Below, one piece after another: positions 17,375 to 27,548 of a DNA stretch of 64,000 nt. Both the position numbers and the translations under genes were made by a program. Source of the DNA: Eubacterium sp. Its GTDB lineage: Bacteria; Bacillota; Clostridia; Lachnospirales; Lachnospiraceae. The notes beneath the pieces are model-generated. The model was not told the origin of the DNA. It worked only from the letters and a program-made list of their open reading frames with translations, and searched no databases. The first letter of the stretch is position 1. Every line of letters begins with the position of its first letter. The stretch lies in the NCBI GenBank assembly GCA_017541035.1, contig JAFXZW010000023.1:116-64115 (forward strand), written 5' to 3'.

Positions 17375-19054
17375 ATGGGTGTCAGCCATAAACAATATGT
17401 TGCATATCTTACAGAACTGATCCTCCTCACGCATAGTGAAGAATATGACCGTGAGGCTTATTTGGTGTGGGTAAAAAGTGTCTGCCGGGATTACCGGATC
17501 GCCAAGGCGGTTACGGAATTCTATCCGACCCCTATGATGCGGCGGAATGGGCAGGGGGAGATCTTCTGTGATGTCGATAACGGAAAAGGCGTGAAGATCC
17601 TGTTAAGGATCGAACTCATGACCAAAACAAAGTCTACCATTATCGGAACCCTTTATACAGAGGAGGAGGACGAGGAAAGAACAGAGGAGGAGAAGAAGCA
17701 ACTGGATATCTTTCTCCGTCTGATCATCGGTTTCGTAGCCCGGCGGCGTCTGATTCGCACGCTGCAGGAATTTGGCTTTGAGGATGAAACCGGTTTCCCA
17801 AATTACCGTGCCTTATCCCGTTACCTTGACATTGCCAATGTGGAAAATACTTTGGGCGGAAAAGTCGCCTTTCATATGGATCTGCATAATTTCACCATGG
17901 TCAATCAGGAGATCGGCCGGAAGAACGGTGATATTGTCATGCGTACATTTTTTAATATGGTTAAGGATGTCATTGGCGATACAGGGATTCTGATCCGGCT
18001 GGGTGGAGACAAGTTTGTGGGTATCTTTGACCGGAAGGTAAAGAGACAGGTATTTGAGCTCCTGTCCGGAACCTTGGTTCCCTATGACAAAGCAGAGGAT
18101 AAGAAGATTCTGGTTCAGGCGGCTGTCGGTGTGTACATGCTTCCGAATCCTTTTACGATGAATGTTTACGGGGACATCATGGATAAGATCATGATGGCAA
18201 GTATGGCGGCAAAGCAGCAGACGGAGGGCACCATCGTCATTTATGATGACCGGATGAAGAATGAGCGGAATCGCACGAAGAAGGTTCAGACTGATTTCCG
18301 GAGTGCACTGGTAAATGAGGAATTTCAGGTCTATTATCAGCCAAAGGTAGATATTGAGACACGAAAGCTCAGCGGAGCGGAAGCACTCTGTCGCTGGCTG
18401 AAAAATGGAAAGATTGTTCCTCCGCTGGATTTTATTCCGATCCTTGAGATCAATACGGATATCTGCGATCTGGACTTTTATATGCTGGACCATGTGTGCC
18501 GTCATATCCGACGTTGGCTGGATGAGGGACGGGATGTGGTGCGGATCTCGGTGAATTTCTCCCGGAAGCATTTGATGGATGTGGATCTTCTGGAACATAT
18601 CCTGGAGGTGGTCGATCGAAACAAGGTTCCGCATGAATATATCGAAATCGAGCTGACGGAGACCACAACAGATGTTCAGTTCCGCGACCTGAAACGGATC
18701 GTAAGCGGCTTGCAGGAGCAGGGAATCTGGACCGCAGTCGATGATTTCGGTATGGGTTATTCGTCCCTGAACCTGATCCGCGATATCCCGTGGAATGTGC
18801 TAAAGGTGGATAAGAATTTTGTTCCCAAGAACGCGGAGGATACAGGCAATATTACAAATGTGATGTTCCGGCATGTGATCTCTCTGGCTCAGGACATAGG
18901 GCTGGAGTGCGTGATCGAAGGAGTGGAGACCGTAGACCAGCTGGAGGTCTTAAGAGAGAATAACTGTAATATCGTGCAGGGTTATTTCTTCGACCGCCCG
19001 CTTCCTTTGGAAGAGTTTGAGCAAAGACTGGATGAGAAGTACTATCCGGAATAG
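17375..19054 (+). CDS. GGDEF(variant)-EAL protein
   Basis: RLGGDKF; EAL; DDFGMGYSSL; EGVET. Confidence 0.9.
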   Translation: MGVSHKQYVAYLTELILLTHSEEYDREAYLVWVKSVCRDYRIAKAVTEFYPTPMMRRNGQGEIFCDVDNGKGVKILLRIELMTKTKSTIIGTLYTEEEDEERTEEEKKQLDIFLRLIIGFVARRRLIRTLQEFGFEDETGFPNYRALSRYLDIANVENTLGGKVAFHMDLHNFTMVNQEIGRKNGDIVMRTFFNMVKDVIGDTGILIRLGGDKFVGIFDRKVKRQVFELLSGTLVPYDKAEDKKILVQAAVGVYMLPNPFTMNVYGDIMDKIMMASMAAKQQTEGTIVIYDDRMKNERNRTKKVQTDFRSALVNEEFQVYYQPKVDIETRKLSGAEALCRWLKNGKIVPPLDFIPILEINTDICDLDFYMLDHVCRHIRRWLDEGRDVVRISVNFSRKHLMDVDLLEHILEVVDRNKVPHEYIEIELTETTTDVQFRDLKRIVSGLQEQGIWTAVDDFGMGYSSLNLIRDIPWNVLKVDKNFVPKNAEDTGNITNVMFRHVISLAQDIGLECVIEGVETVDQLEVLRENNCNIVQGYFFDRPLPLEEFEQRLDEKYYPE

Positions 19055-19077
19055 AAACAGAATCATTTGAGAATCCA

Positions 19078-19104
19078 GAAAAGCCCCGGCCACCGGGGCT
19101 TTTC
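19078..19104. terminator. Intrinsic terminator (symmetric)
   Basis: Perfect 12-bp stem GAAAAGCCCCGG/CCGGGGCTTTTC. Confidence 0.85.
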
Positions 19105-19128
19105 TTAAATAAGCGATTACAATTCTCC

Positions 19129-19157
19129 TTGTGTTAATGGAAAACTGGTGCTATAAT
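19129..19157 (+). promoter_or_regulatory. Putative promoter of nfnAB
   Basis: TTGTGT, 17 bp, TGc-TATAAT. Confidence 0.6.
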
Positions 19158-19285
19158 TTGGAAGACTTTGACATTTTTGCCCTTACCCATAGAGGCAAAT
19201 TATCAGAAAATCCGGCACGTTTATCATTTATATGCCATGAAACTACAGGCTTTGTGCGGGATCATCATCAGAAAGCAGGGAGTAT

Positions 19286-20125
19286 ATGTATAAGATCATT
19301 CAAAAAAAATCGCTTAATCCCACAGTTACGCTGATGGAGGTTGAGGCCCCCCTTGTTGCCCGGAAATGTGAACCGGGTCAGTTTATCATTCTGCGCGCAA
19401 AGGAAGACAGTGAGCGGATTCCCCTTACCATTGCAGGCTATGACAGGGCGAAGGGAACCATTACCATTATCTTCCAGATCGTCGGCGGAAGTACCGAGAT
19501 CCTGAATTCCCTTTCGGAGGGTGATTCTATTCAGGATTTTGTAGGGCCGCTGGGAAAGGCTACAGAGACCGAGGGTCTGAAGAAGGTTGCGGTCGTCGGC
19601 GGCGGCGTGGGATGTGCCATTGCCTATCCGGTGGCAAAGAAGCTGCATGATATCGGCTGCGAAGTACATTCCATCGTCGGTTTCCGGAGTGAGGATCTGA
19701 TCATTCTGGAGGATGAGTTCCGGGCAGCCAGTGACAGATATGTACTGATGACGGACGACGGATCCAAGGGTGAGAAGGGACTTGTCACAGCGGCGCTGGA
19801 GAAGCTGATCACGGATGGTGAGCAGTACGACCAGGTGATCGCCATCGGACCGCTGATCATGATGAAATTTGTGGTTGCCGTGACAAAGAAATACAATGTG
19901 AAAACGGTTGTCAGCATGAATCCCATCATGGTTGACGGTACAGGTATGTGCGGCGGCTGCCGGCTTACCGTGGGTGGCAAGACGAGATTTGCCTGCGTGG
20001 ACGGACCGGATTTTGACGGCTTTGAAGTGGATTTTGATGAGGCTATGGCGAGAGGCGCTTCCTATCGTCCTTTCGAGCAGAAGGCCAGAGAAGAAGCCTG
20101 CAACCTTCTTAAACTGAAGCCATAA
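19286..20125 (+). CDS. nfnA: Electron-bifurcating transhydrogenase small subunit (FAD, 2Fe-2S)
   Basis: PGQFIILR...ERIPLTI, GGGVG, DGTGMCGGC...CVDGP; paired with a GltD-like gene. Confidence 0.88.
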   Translation: MYKIIQKKSLNPTVTLMEVEAPLVARKCEPGQFIILRAKEDSERIPLTIAGYDRAKGTITIIFQIVGGSTEILNSLSEGDSIQDFVGPLGKATETEGLKKVAVVGGGVGCAIAYPVAKKLHDIGCEVHSIVGFRSEDLIILEDEFRAASDRYVLMTDDGSKGEKGLVTAALEKLITDGEQYDQVIAIGPLIMMKFVVAVTKKYNVKTVVSMNPIMVDGTGMCGGCRLTVGGKTRFACVDGPDFDGFEVDFDEAMARGASYRPFEQKAREEACNLLKLKP

Positions 20126-20265
20126 AGAACCGTCGGACATGTCTCGTATGACAGCTGACAAAACAGTACTTATGCAGGACGATACCATGCATCAAAGGGC
20201 GCGAGGCGCCGGGAGATGCGGTAGGGAGTTAATGAAATAATTCAGATATAGAGGAGTAACAAGAA

Positions 20266-21648
20266 ATGCCCAACATGTCCATGGTTAAGAACCCCATGCC
20301 CACTCAGGAGCCGGAGGTTCGGAATAAGAATTTTAATGAGGTTGCCCTTGGTTATACCGAGGAACAGGCCATTGATGAGGCAAAGCGCTGTCTCAACTGC
20401 AAGCATAAGCCCTGCACAGGAGGCTGTCCGGTTCAGATCGACATTCCGGCCTTCATAGCCCGTGTAGCGGAAGGTGATTTTGAGGGAGCTTATGAGATCA
20501 TCACCCGTTCCAGCTCGCTGCCTGCGATCTGCGGTCGTGTATGTCCTCAGGAGTCCCAGTGTGAGAAATACTGCGTTCGCGGTATTAAAGGCGAACCCGT
20601 TGCCATCGGACGTTTGGAGCGTTTTGTGGCTGATTGGCACATGGCCAACAGCAAGGAAGCTCCGGTAAAGCCCGAACCCAACGGACATAAGGTAGCCGTG
20701 ATCGGCTCCGGTCCCTCCGGTCTTGCGTGCGCAGGCGATCTGGCAAAAAAAGGCTATGACGTGACCATTTATGAGGCTCTTCATGTAGCCGGCGGCGTAC
20801 TGGCTTACGGTATTCCCGAGTTCCGTCTTCCCAAGGCTATCGTTCAGAAGGAAATCGACGGATTGAAGGCGCTGGGCGTTAAGGTTGAAACAAATGTGGT
20901 GATCGGCAAGACCATTTCCATCGATGAGCTCTTCGATGAATTCGGCTATGAATCCGTATTTATCGGCTCCGGTGCCGGTCTGCCCCGTTTTATGAATATC
21001 CCCGGAGAGAATCTGAACGGTGTTTATTCCGCGAATGAGTTTTTGACCCGGATCAATCTGATGAAGGCATACAGGGATGATTCCAAGACTCCCATCAAGC
21101 ACCCGCAGAGTACGGTGGTAGTGGGAGGAGGAAATGTGGCTATGGACGCAGCCCGTTCGGCTAAGCGCCTTGGCTCTGACGTGACTATCGTTTACCGAAG
21201 GACCAAGGCGGAGCTACCCGCCCGTGCGGAAGAGGTGGAGCATGCAGAGGAGGAGGGCATCAAGTTCGCTTTCCTGCATAATCCCGTAGAGGTTTTGGGG
21301 GAGAACGGATGGGTATCGGCTGTAAAATGTCAGGTTATGGAGCTTTCCGATCCGGATGAGTCCGGGCGCAGAAAGCCGGTGCCGGTGGAAGGACAGTTCA
21401 TTACCGTTCCCTGTGACTGCATGATCATGTCTATCGGAACGTCCCCCAACCCGCTGATCAAGTCCACTACCGAGGGCCTGGAGACGCAGAAGTGGGGTGG
21501 TATCGTTGCGGATGAAAAAACAGGACTTACCTCCCGCAAGAGTGTATATGCCGGCGGCGATGCCGTTACCGGAGCTGCTACAGTTATTCTGGCCATGGGT
21601 GCGGGAAAGGCAGCGGCAGCAGGCATTGACGCAGAGCTGATGGGATGA
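20266..21648 (+). CDS. nfnB: Transhydrogenase large subunit (GltD-like, NADPH)
   Basis: RCLNC...CPV, CGRVCPQESQCE, GGGNVAMDAAR, YRR; no glutamate synthase large subunit nearby. Confidence 0.88.
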   Translation: MPNMSMVKNPMPTQEPEVRNKNFNEVALGYTEEQAIDEAKRCLNCKHKPCTGGCPVQIDIPAFIARVAEGDFEGAYEIITRSSSLPAICGRVCPQESQCEKYCVRGIKGEPVAIGRLERFVADWHMANSKEAPVKPEPNGHKVAVIGSGPSGLACAGDLAKKGYDVTIYEALHVAGGVLAYGIPEFRLPKAIVQKEIDGLKALGVKVETNVVIGKTISIDELFDEFGYESVFIGSGAGLPRFMNIPGENLNGVYSANEFLTRINLMKAYRDDSKTPIKHPQSTVVVGGGNVAMDAARSAKRLGSDVTIVYRRTKAELPARAEEVEHAEEEGIKFAFLHNPVEVLGENGWVSAVKCQVMELSDPDESGRRKPVPVEGQFITVPCDCMIMSIGTSPNPLIKSTTEGLETQKWGGIVADEKTGLTSRKSVYAGGDAVTGAATVILAMGAGKAAAAGIDAELMG

Positions 21649-21740
21649 TCATTTTCATCCGACTGCTCATGATAAGAAGAGTCAGGGGATAGTTTCTGCC
21701 GGCGAAGCCGGAGCAGGGATATCCGATCAGGAACCGGTTT

Positions 21741-23312
21741 ATGGATGAATCTCAAAAGACAACTCAAAGCGTGTTAAAGGCCTCCACCATTATGGCAATC
21801 TCCAATCTGGTGGCAAGCGTGTTGGGCTTTGCCCGAAACATCATCATTTCCAGTCTTTTTGGTATGGGAATGGAAAATGATGCCTATATCTCGGCTTTTA
21901 CGATTCCGGATTTTATTTATACGATCCTTGTAGGCGGTGCGTTAAGTACCGCCTTTATCCCTATTTTCAGCGTTTATATCGCGAAGGGTGAGAAGGAAGA
22001 AGGACTCCGGATGGGGAACACGGTTCTGAATCTGGTGGCGATCCTGGCTATGGCGTTCTGTCTCCTCGGTGAGATTTTCACACCCTGGCTGGTGGATACT
22101 TTTATGCAGTTTAAAGGAGAAGCTTTTGATCTCACGGTGAAGCTGACGCGGATCATGTTCTTCCAGTGCTTCTTCATGTGTCTCACCGGCGTATGTATGG
22201 GTATCATGCAATCCTACAAAAATTTCGTGCCGTCGGCACTGGGCTCAATCTATTATAATGTAGCTATCGTCGGCTTCGGCGTTCTGCTTTCTCAGGTTTT
22301 CGGCCTCGGCATCGCAGGTTTCTCCATCAGTGTCGTGATCGGAGCCATGGCGAATCTTGCGGCACATATCCGTCCGATGAGAAAAGCGGGCTTCGCTTAT
22401 CAACCTGTGATCGACATGCATCAGGACGGTATCCACAAATTCTTCCGGATGCTGGGTCCCGTACTTCTGGGACTGTCCGTCAATCACATCAACCTTCTGG
22501 TAAATCAGTATTTCGCATCGGGACTGGGAGCCAGTACGGTATCCTCCATGAAAAATGCCCAGAGTATCAGTCAGCTTCCGGTACTGATCTTTGGATCCAC
22601 CATTTCCCTGTCCATTTTTCCCACCATGTCCGAGCATTTTGCTACGGGGCAAAGAGAGGAATATAAGAAGGATTTCTCCATGTCCTTCCGGACCGTGTTC
22701 TTCCTGACGGTTCCTGCTGCGCTGGGCATCGTGGCGCTTCGGACGCCGCTGATCCGGGCCATGTATCAGCAGGGTAAATTCCGGCCGGAGGATATCGGTG
22801 CCATGGCGGTTTTCATGCTGCTTTATTCCATCGGTACCATCGGATACTCCGAACAGCTGGTGTTGAACCGGGCCTTTTACTCCCTCAGGGATACGAAGAC
22901 TCCCATGCTGATCAATGTGGTCTGTCTTCTTCTGAATGTCGTGATGAGTATGGTTTTCGTCCGGATCTGGGATGCAAACGGGCTTGCTCTTGCTTATTCC
23001 GGCGCGGGTATAGCAAGCATGTTGATCCTTTCTTACTACCTTCGTAAGAAGGCGGGCAAACTGCGGGGACGGGAGATACTCATTTCGGCCGGAAAGACAC
23101 TGGTGGCCAGCGTGGGCATGTTCATCGTTCTAATGCTGGGAGCGAGGCTTCTGGAACAGCTGTTTCCTTTGGAAAGAAAGATCTTCCAGCTGTTGGAGGT
23201 AGGAATCCTCTTTGTGGTGGGCGTAGCCGTATTCTTCGTGATCGCGATTCTTCTCCGTATGAGGGAGGTAGAAGCGGTGAAGAGCATTTTCATGAGGAAA
23301 TTCAAGAAGTAA
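21741..23312 (+). CDS. murJ: Lipid II flippase MurJ/MviN
   Basis: SVLGFARNIII..FG, AFTIPDF, multiple TM segments, AFYSLRDTKTP. Confidence 0.92.
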   Translation: MDESQKTTQSVLKASTIMAISNLVASVLGFARNIIISSLFGMGMENDAYISAFTIPDFIYTILVGGALSTAFIPIFSVYIAKGEKEEGLRMGNTVLNLVAILAMAFCLLGEIFTPWLVDTFMQFKGEAFDLTVKLTRIMFFQCFFMCLTGVCMGIMQSYKNFVPSALGSIYYNVAIVGFGVLLSQVFGLGIAGFSISVVIGAMANLAAHIRPMRKAGFAYQPVIDMHQDGIHKFFRMLGPVLLGLSVNHINLLVNQYFASGLGASTVSSMKNAQSISQLPVLIFGSTISLSIFPTMSEHFATGQREEYKKDFSMSFRTVFFLTVPAALGIVALRTPLIRAMYQQGKFRPEDIGAMAVFMLLYSIGTIGYSEQLVLNRAFYSLRDTKTPMLINVVCLLLNVVMSMVFVRIWDANGLALAYSGAGIASMLILSYYLRKKAGKLRGREILISAGKTLVASVGMFIVLMLGARLLEQLFPLERKIFQLLEVGILFVVGVAVFFVIAILLRMREVEAVKSIFMRKFKK

Positions 23313-23333
23313 AGTTTAATTTGCTGAGTTAAT

Positions 23334-23424
23334 CAGATCCTTCACCCCCTCCGGGTTCGGGATGACAATGTCATTCCGAGCCGTAGGGCAAGCGCTTTGC
23401 GCGCAGCCTTCGTGCGAAGAATCC
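23334..23424. repeat. GTCAT-type REP-like element (family A), head-to-head half units
   Basis: AGATCCTTC...GGGATGACA followed by TGTCATTCCGAG...GAAGAATCC. Confidence 0.65.
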
Positions 23425-23451
23425 AGGAAACCGGAAAAGGAGGAATCCTTT

Positions 23452-24894
23452 ATGTATGAAATGTTATCCCAACTGATCCTCTATCATCAACTGGAGCAGG
23501 ATTCCATCCTGCGAACCTTCGCCGAAGTCTGCGATGCCGCAGCAGGTGAGGCTGCTGTAACCCCGGAACGCCGCCGGGAGCTGGTGGATCAGCTGAATGC
23601 AGGCGTGCGGGAGCTGCTCCTTGTAGCCACCTCCTATGGTTTTAATAAGAATCTCTGGCGGGATTACCTTACCTTTCTGATCCTGACAGATGAGAATTCC
23701 TTCTCCCTTACGGCCGAGAAGCAGGAAATGGGAGAAGGCAGTGTGAAGCATTTTGCAGGACAGGATATGGAAATGTTCTGCCGTCTGTTCACCTATGATT
23801 TTTCTGCAGTGGAAAGCGCGCTGGGAACGGACTGCTTTTCCGTAATCACAAACTATAAAGCCGTTCCGAAGCGGGCACAGAATTTCAATCGCAATGTAAG
23901 CCGTCTGGTGCGGGAAACCAGTGACCGCATCGCCGGAGTGCTGGAGGAAAAGGGACTCGTTGCCGGAAGCGGTGAACGTACGGAGGTGGCGGATGAGAAA
24001 ATACGATCCGCAGCCGGAAAGCTGCTGGAGATCATTTCCGAATTCTATCTGACCTATGGTGTGGGAATGTTCGGCCTGAACCGTGCTTTCCGGATACAGG
24101 AGCTGCCGGCTTTTTCCGGGCCGGAAAGCATGCGCATAAACCACTTACCGGTCAGGGGATCGGAGGGGGCAGGAGGAAGGATTATCTTTACGCCGATCAA
24201 TAACACGGAAGAGGTACGGCTGTCGGATCTCGTCGGCTATGAAGTACAGAAACAGAAGCTGCGGGAGAATACCGAAGCCTTTCTGCGGGGCTTCCGTGCA
24301 AATAACTGTCTGCTCTACGGCGATGCAGGAACCGGAAAGTCCACCAGTATCAAGGCACTTCTCACCGAATACTACGATCAGGGATTGCGGATGATCCAGC
24401 TTTACAAGCATCAGATGCAGAGCCTTTCCGCGGTGATCGGTGAGATCAAACACCGGAATTATAAGTTTATCATATACATGGATGACCTGTCCTTTGAGGA
24501 TTTTGAGGTGGAATACAAATACCTGAAGGCAGTGATTGAGGGTGGACTGGAAAACCGGCCGGACAATGTACTGATCTACGCCACATCCAACCGGCGTCAT
24601 CTTATTAAGGAGACCTGGAATGACACTGCGGATGTGGATCTGGAGAAGCACCGGGGTGACACGCTGCAGGAGAAGCTCTCTCTGGTGGATCGCTTCGGAA
24701 TCACCATTCCCTACATGAAGCCCGGCAGGAAGGAGTATGAAGAGATCGTGCGGGAGCTGGTGAAGCGTGACGGCAGGATCTCCCTCAGTGAGGAAGAGGT
24801 TATGAAGCGTGCCCAGAGCTGGGAAGTGGCCCACGGCGGTTTCTCCGGCCGCGTTGCCCGTCAGTTCGTGGATGACCTGGCAGGCAGGATCTGA
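23452..24894 (+). CDS. AAA+ ATP-binding protein (DUF815 family)
   Basis: GDAGTGKS, IIYMDDLSFE, YATSNRRHL, EKLSLVDRFG; AAGGAGG RBS. Confidence 0.85.
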   Translation: MYEMLSQLILYHQLEQDSILRTFAEVCDAAAGEAAVTPERRRELVDQLNAGVRELLLVATSYGFNKNLWRDYLTFLILTDENSFSLTAEKQEMGEGSVKHFAGQDMEMFCRLFTYDFSAVESALGTDCFSVITNYKAVPKRAQNFNRNVSRLVRETSDRIAGVLEEKGLVAGSGERTEVADEKIRSAAGKLLEIISEFYLTYGVGMFGLNRAFRIQELPAFSGPESMRINHLPVRGSEGAGGRIIFTPINNTEEVRLSDLVGYEVQKQKLRENTEAFLRGFRANNCLLYGDAGTGKSTSIKALLTEYYDQGLRMIQLYKHQMQSLSAVIGEIKHRNYKFIIYMDDLSFEDFEVEYKYLKAVIEGGLENRPDNVLIYATSNRRHLIKETWNDTADVDLEKHRGDTLQEKLSLVDRFGITIPYMKPGRKEYEEIVRELVKRDGRISLSEEEVMKRAQSWEVAHGGFSGRVARQFVDDLAGRI

Positions 24895-24941
24895 ACAGAA
24901 ATTTCATGTACTGAATGGAACGGATCTGGAAGGAGCATTTT

Positions 24942-25598
24942 GTGACAAAGAAAGAACGTGCCCGTCTGGTGACAGAGGCATTGAATCGTGAATATGGAAC
25001 GGAAATGATCACTTACCTGCATTATGAGACGTCCTGGCAACTGCTCTTTGCTACCATCCTTTCCGCCCAATGCACGGACGCACGGGTGAATATGGTGACA
25101 AAGGATCTTTTTCAAAAATATCCTACGGTAGAGGATATTGCAAATGCAGAGCTTTCTGAGCTGGAGAAGGATATTTACTCTACTGGTTTTTATAAGAACA
25201 AGGCAAAGAATCTGAAAGCCTGCGCGGCAACGCTTCTGGAGCAGTACGGAGGGGAGGTTCCGCATTCCATCGAGGAACTAACAGCTCTCCCGGGGGTGGG
25301 GAGGAAGACGGCAAATGTGGTCCGCGGAAATTGCTTTCATGAGCCATCCATTGTGGTGGATACCCATGTAAAAAGGGTTTCCCGTCTGCTGGGACTTACG
25401 AAGGAGACCGATCCCACGAAGGTGGAATTTGATCTGATGAAAATACTTCCGAAGGATCAATGGATCCTTTATAACGTCCAGATCATTGCCGTTGGCCGAA
25501 CCTGGTGCATTTCCGGCCGGCCGAAATGCAGCAAGTGCATTCTGAGAGATGTATGTGCATTCGCGGAAAAAGAGATCCGGCAGGAGGACCGAGTCTAA
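24942..25598 (+). CDS. nth: Endonuclease III
   Basis: LLFATILSAQCTD, HhH LPGVGRKTA, VDTHV, Cx6Cx2Cx5C; GTG start after AAGGAG. Confidence 0.93.
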   Translation: MTKKERARLVTEALNREYGTEMITYLHYETSWQLLFATILSAQCTDARVNMVTKDLFQKYPTVEDIANAELSELEKDIYSTGFYKNKAKNLKACAATLLEQYGGEVPHSIEELTALPGVGRKTANVVRGNCFHEPSIVVDTHVKRVSRLLGLTKETDPTKVEFDLMKILPKDQWILYNVQIIAVGRTWCISGRPKCSKCILRDVCAFAEKEIRQEDRV

Positions 25599-25690
25599 AA
25601 GGATGTGTGAGCAGCCGCGGGAGAGATAAGGAACGAAAAAAAGGAGCAGTCAGATTTTCAGCGCTGACTGTGAAGAGAGTGAGAAATGAA

Positions 25691-25719
25691 TTGACATTCG
25701 CTCGAGAAACGTGTAGAAC
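25691..25719 (+). promoter_or_regulatory. Putative promoter
   Basis: TTGACA, 17 bp, TAGAAC. Confidence 0.5.
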
Positions 25720-25768
25720 ATTATAAGATAGGATTCGTTTACCCTTACAGATATGGAAAGGACACATT

Positions 25769-25876
25769 ATGGTTGATTTCAGCAAGAGAAAGAAGAAAAG
25801 TACCAGGATCATTGCGGCCGTTATCTGCGCACTTCTGGTAGGCGGTATGGTGATCGGTCTTCTGGTAAGCTTTTAA
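25769..25876 (+). CDS. 35-aa single-pass membrane micro-protein (not in the supplied ORF track)
   Basis: GAAAGGA RBS; MVDFSKRKKKSTRIIAAVICALLVGGMVIGLLVSF; stop 15 bp before the next gene. Confidence 0.7.
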   Translation: MVDFSKRKKKSTRIIAAVICALLVGGMVIGLLVSF

Positions 25877-25891
25877 CCGACAGAAAGAAGG

Positions 25892-27484
25892 ATGAAAATG
25901 ATAACAAAAAGGAGACTTGCCGCGGCGGCATTTCTTCTCAGTCTGGCCCTTCTCTTCATGGTTCTTCCCGCAAAAGCGGCGGAGAGTAAGATCCATGAGG
26001 GGATCACCATTGATGATATCAATGTGAGCGGACTTACGGAAGAGGAGGCGCGGAAAGTTCTTACAGAGCAGGAGGACCGGCTTCGGGAACTTCCGATCAC
26101 ACTGACCAGCAGCTATGGGGATGTGGAAACGACCCTTGGCGAGCTGGGTTATTTTAGTGATGTAGATGCGGCTGTCCGGAAAGCTGTCGGTTTCGGCAAT
26201 ACCGGAAATATTCTGAAGCGATACAAGGAACTGTATCAGGATACCACGCCCCGGTCACTGGAGCTTCGCCGGAGTATCAGCAAGGACGTGGTCCGTGATC
26301 TGATCGATGAGAAACTGGCTCGTGAACTGTCCGGTTCTTCGGAGATCCAGCTGGTTAAGAAAAGTGAAACAAAGGTTGCTCTGGTGCCGGAGAAGTCCGG
26401 TTTCCAGGTGGATACGGATGCCACGGAAGCATCGATCCGTATGATCCTCAATAATGACTGGGATCATGAAGCTTTTAGTGTGCCCATTTCCCTGGTGGAC
26501 GATGCGGATGCAGAGAGGCTGGAGGCTCTGAGCCATGTTACGGATCTGCTGGGAACCTATACTACCAAGTTCAGTAAATATGCCGCAGAGCGGAATCAGA
26601 ACATTGCCCGGGCAGCAGAGTTGATGAACGGAAAGATCGTTTATCCGGGCGAGAAGGTGTCAACCTATTACACCATTGACCCCATTACCCCGGCCAACGG
26701 CTACGCTATGGCGGGTGTCTTCCAGAATAACAAGGTGGTTCAGGGAATCGGCGGAGGGGTCTGCCAGATGTCTTCCACGCTCTACAACGCTCTGCTCTGG
26801 GCAGAGGTGGAGATCGTAAAAAGAGATTACCATGGTCTTCCGGTATCCTATGTACCGCTTTCCTATGATGCGACCATGGCCGGCGGTTATCTGGATCTGA
26901 TCTTCCGGAATAACCTGGATTACCCCATTTACATCGAGGTTGACTGCAATACAAATGCAGGCTATATCACCTGTAACATTTACGGGGAAGAATACAGGGA
27001 TCCGAACCGTACCATCAAGTTCGAGAATAAGATCATAGAGAAGATTGAGATCCCCGAAGAGGTGGAAGTGGAAGAGGATCCTGAAATGGCACCCGGAACG
27101 GAGGAGGTTGTCTCCAACGGTTCTGTGGGATATAAGACAGAGCTTTGGAAATATGTATATTACAACGGTGAGCTTCAGGATGAGGTAAAGATTAATTCAA
27201 GCAAGTATAGTGCGACACCGAAGCAGATAAAGAAGGGACCCGGAGAGCCTACGGAGGAGCCTACGGAAGAACCGACGGAGGAGCCTACGGAGGAACCCAC
27301 AGATGAACCGACGGAGGAGCCTACGGAGGAACCCACAGACGAACCGACGGAGGAGCCGACGGACGAACCGACGGACGAACCGACGGAAGAACCCACAGAC
27401 GAGCCGAGCGAGGAACCGACGGATGCACCTTCCGAGGAGCCCTCGGATGAACCGGCAGATCAGACGACACCGGATGAGGTGTAA
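25892..27484 (+). CDS. Secreted VanW-domain protein with G5-like domain and acidic Pro/Thr tail
   Basis: Signal peptide; RNQNIARAA, GIGGGVCQMSSTLYNA, DATM..G.LDL.FRN; EPTE repeats. Confidence 0.88.
   Translation: MKMITKRRLAAAAFLLSLALLFMVLPAKAAESKIHEGITIDDINVSGLTEEEARKVLTEQEDRLRELPITLTSSYGDVETTLGELGYFSDVDAAVRKAVGFGNTGNILKRYKELYQDTTPRSLELRRSISKDVVRDLIDEKLARELSGSSEIQLVKKSETKVALVPEKSGFQVDTDATEASIRMILNNDWDHEAFSVPISLVDDADAERLEALSHVTDLLGTYTTKFSKYAAERNQNIARAAELMNGKIVYPGEKVSTYYTIDPITPANGYAMAGVFQNNKVVQGIGGGVCQMSSTLYNALLWAEVEIVKRDYHGLPVSYVPLSYDATMAGGYLDLIFRNNLDYPIYIEVDCNTNAGYITCNIYGEEYRDPNRTIKFENKIIEKIEIPEEVEVEEDPEMAPGTEEVVSNGSVGYKTELWKYVYYNGELQDEVKINSSKYSATPKQIKKGPGEPTEEPTEEPTEEPTEEPTDEPTEEPTEEPTDEPTEEPTDEPTDEPTEEPTDEPSEEPTDAPSEEPSDEPADQTTPDEV
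27245..27457 (+). repeat. In-frame 12-bp tandem repeat encoding EPT(E/D) units
   Basis: About 15 units in the VanW C-terminus, degenerating toward the end. Confidence 0.92.
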
Positions 27485-27548
27485 TGTGGAATATCGTGAA
27501 AAAGCTTTTGAGAAGGATAGATCCTATTTTCGACCTGTCGGCGGGAGA

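Noticed and set aside
25892-27484. Vancomycin resistance from VanW (and the VanY-like gene at 47800)
   Set aside because: No vanH/A/X or vanRS cluster; both families are common cell-wall proteins.
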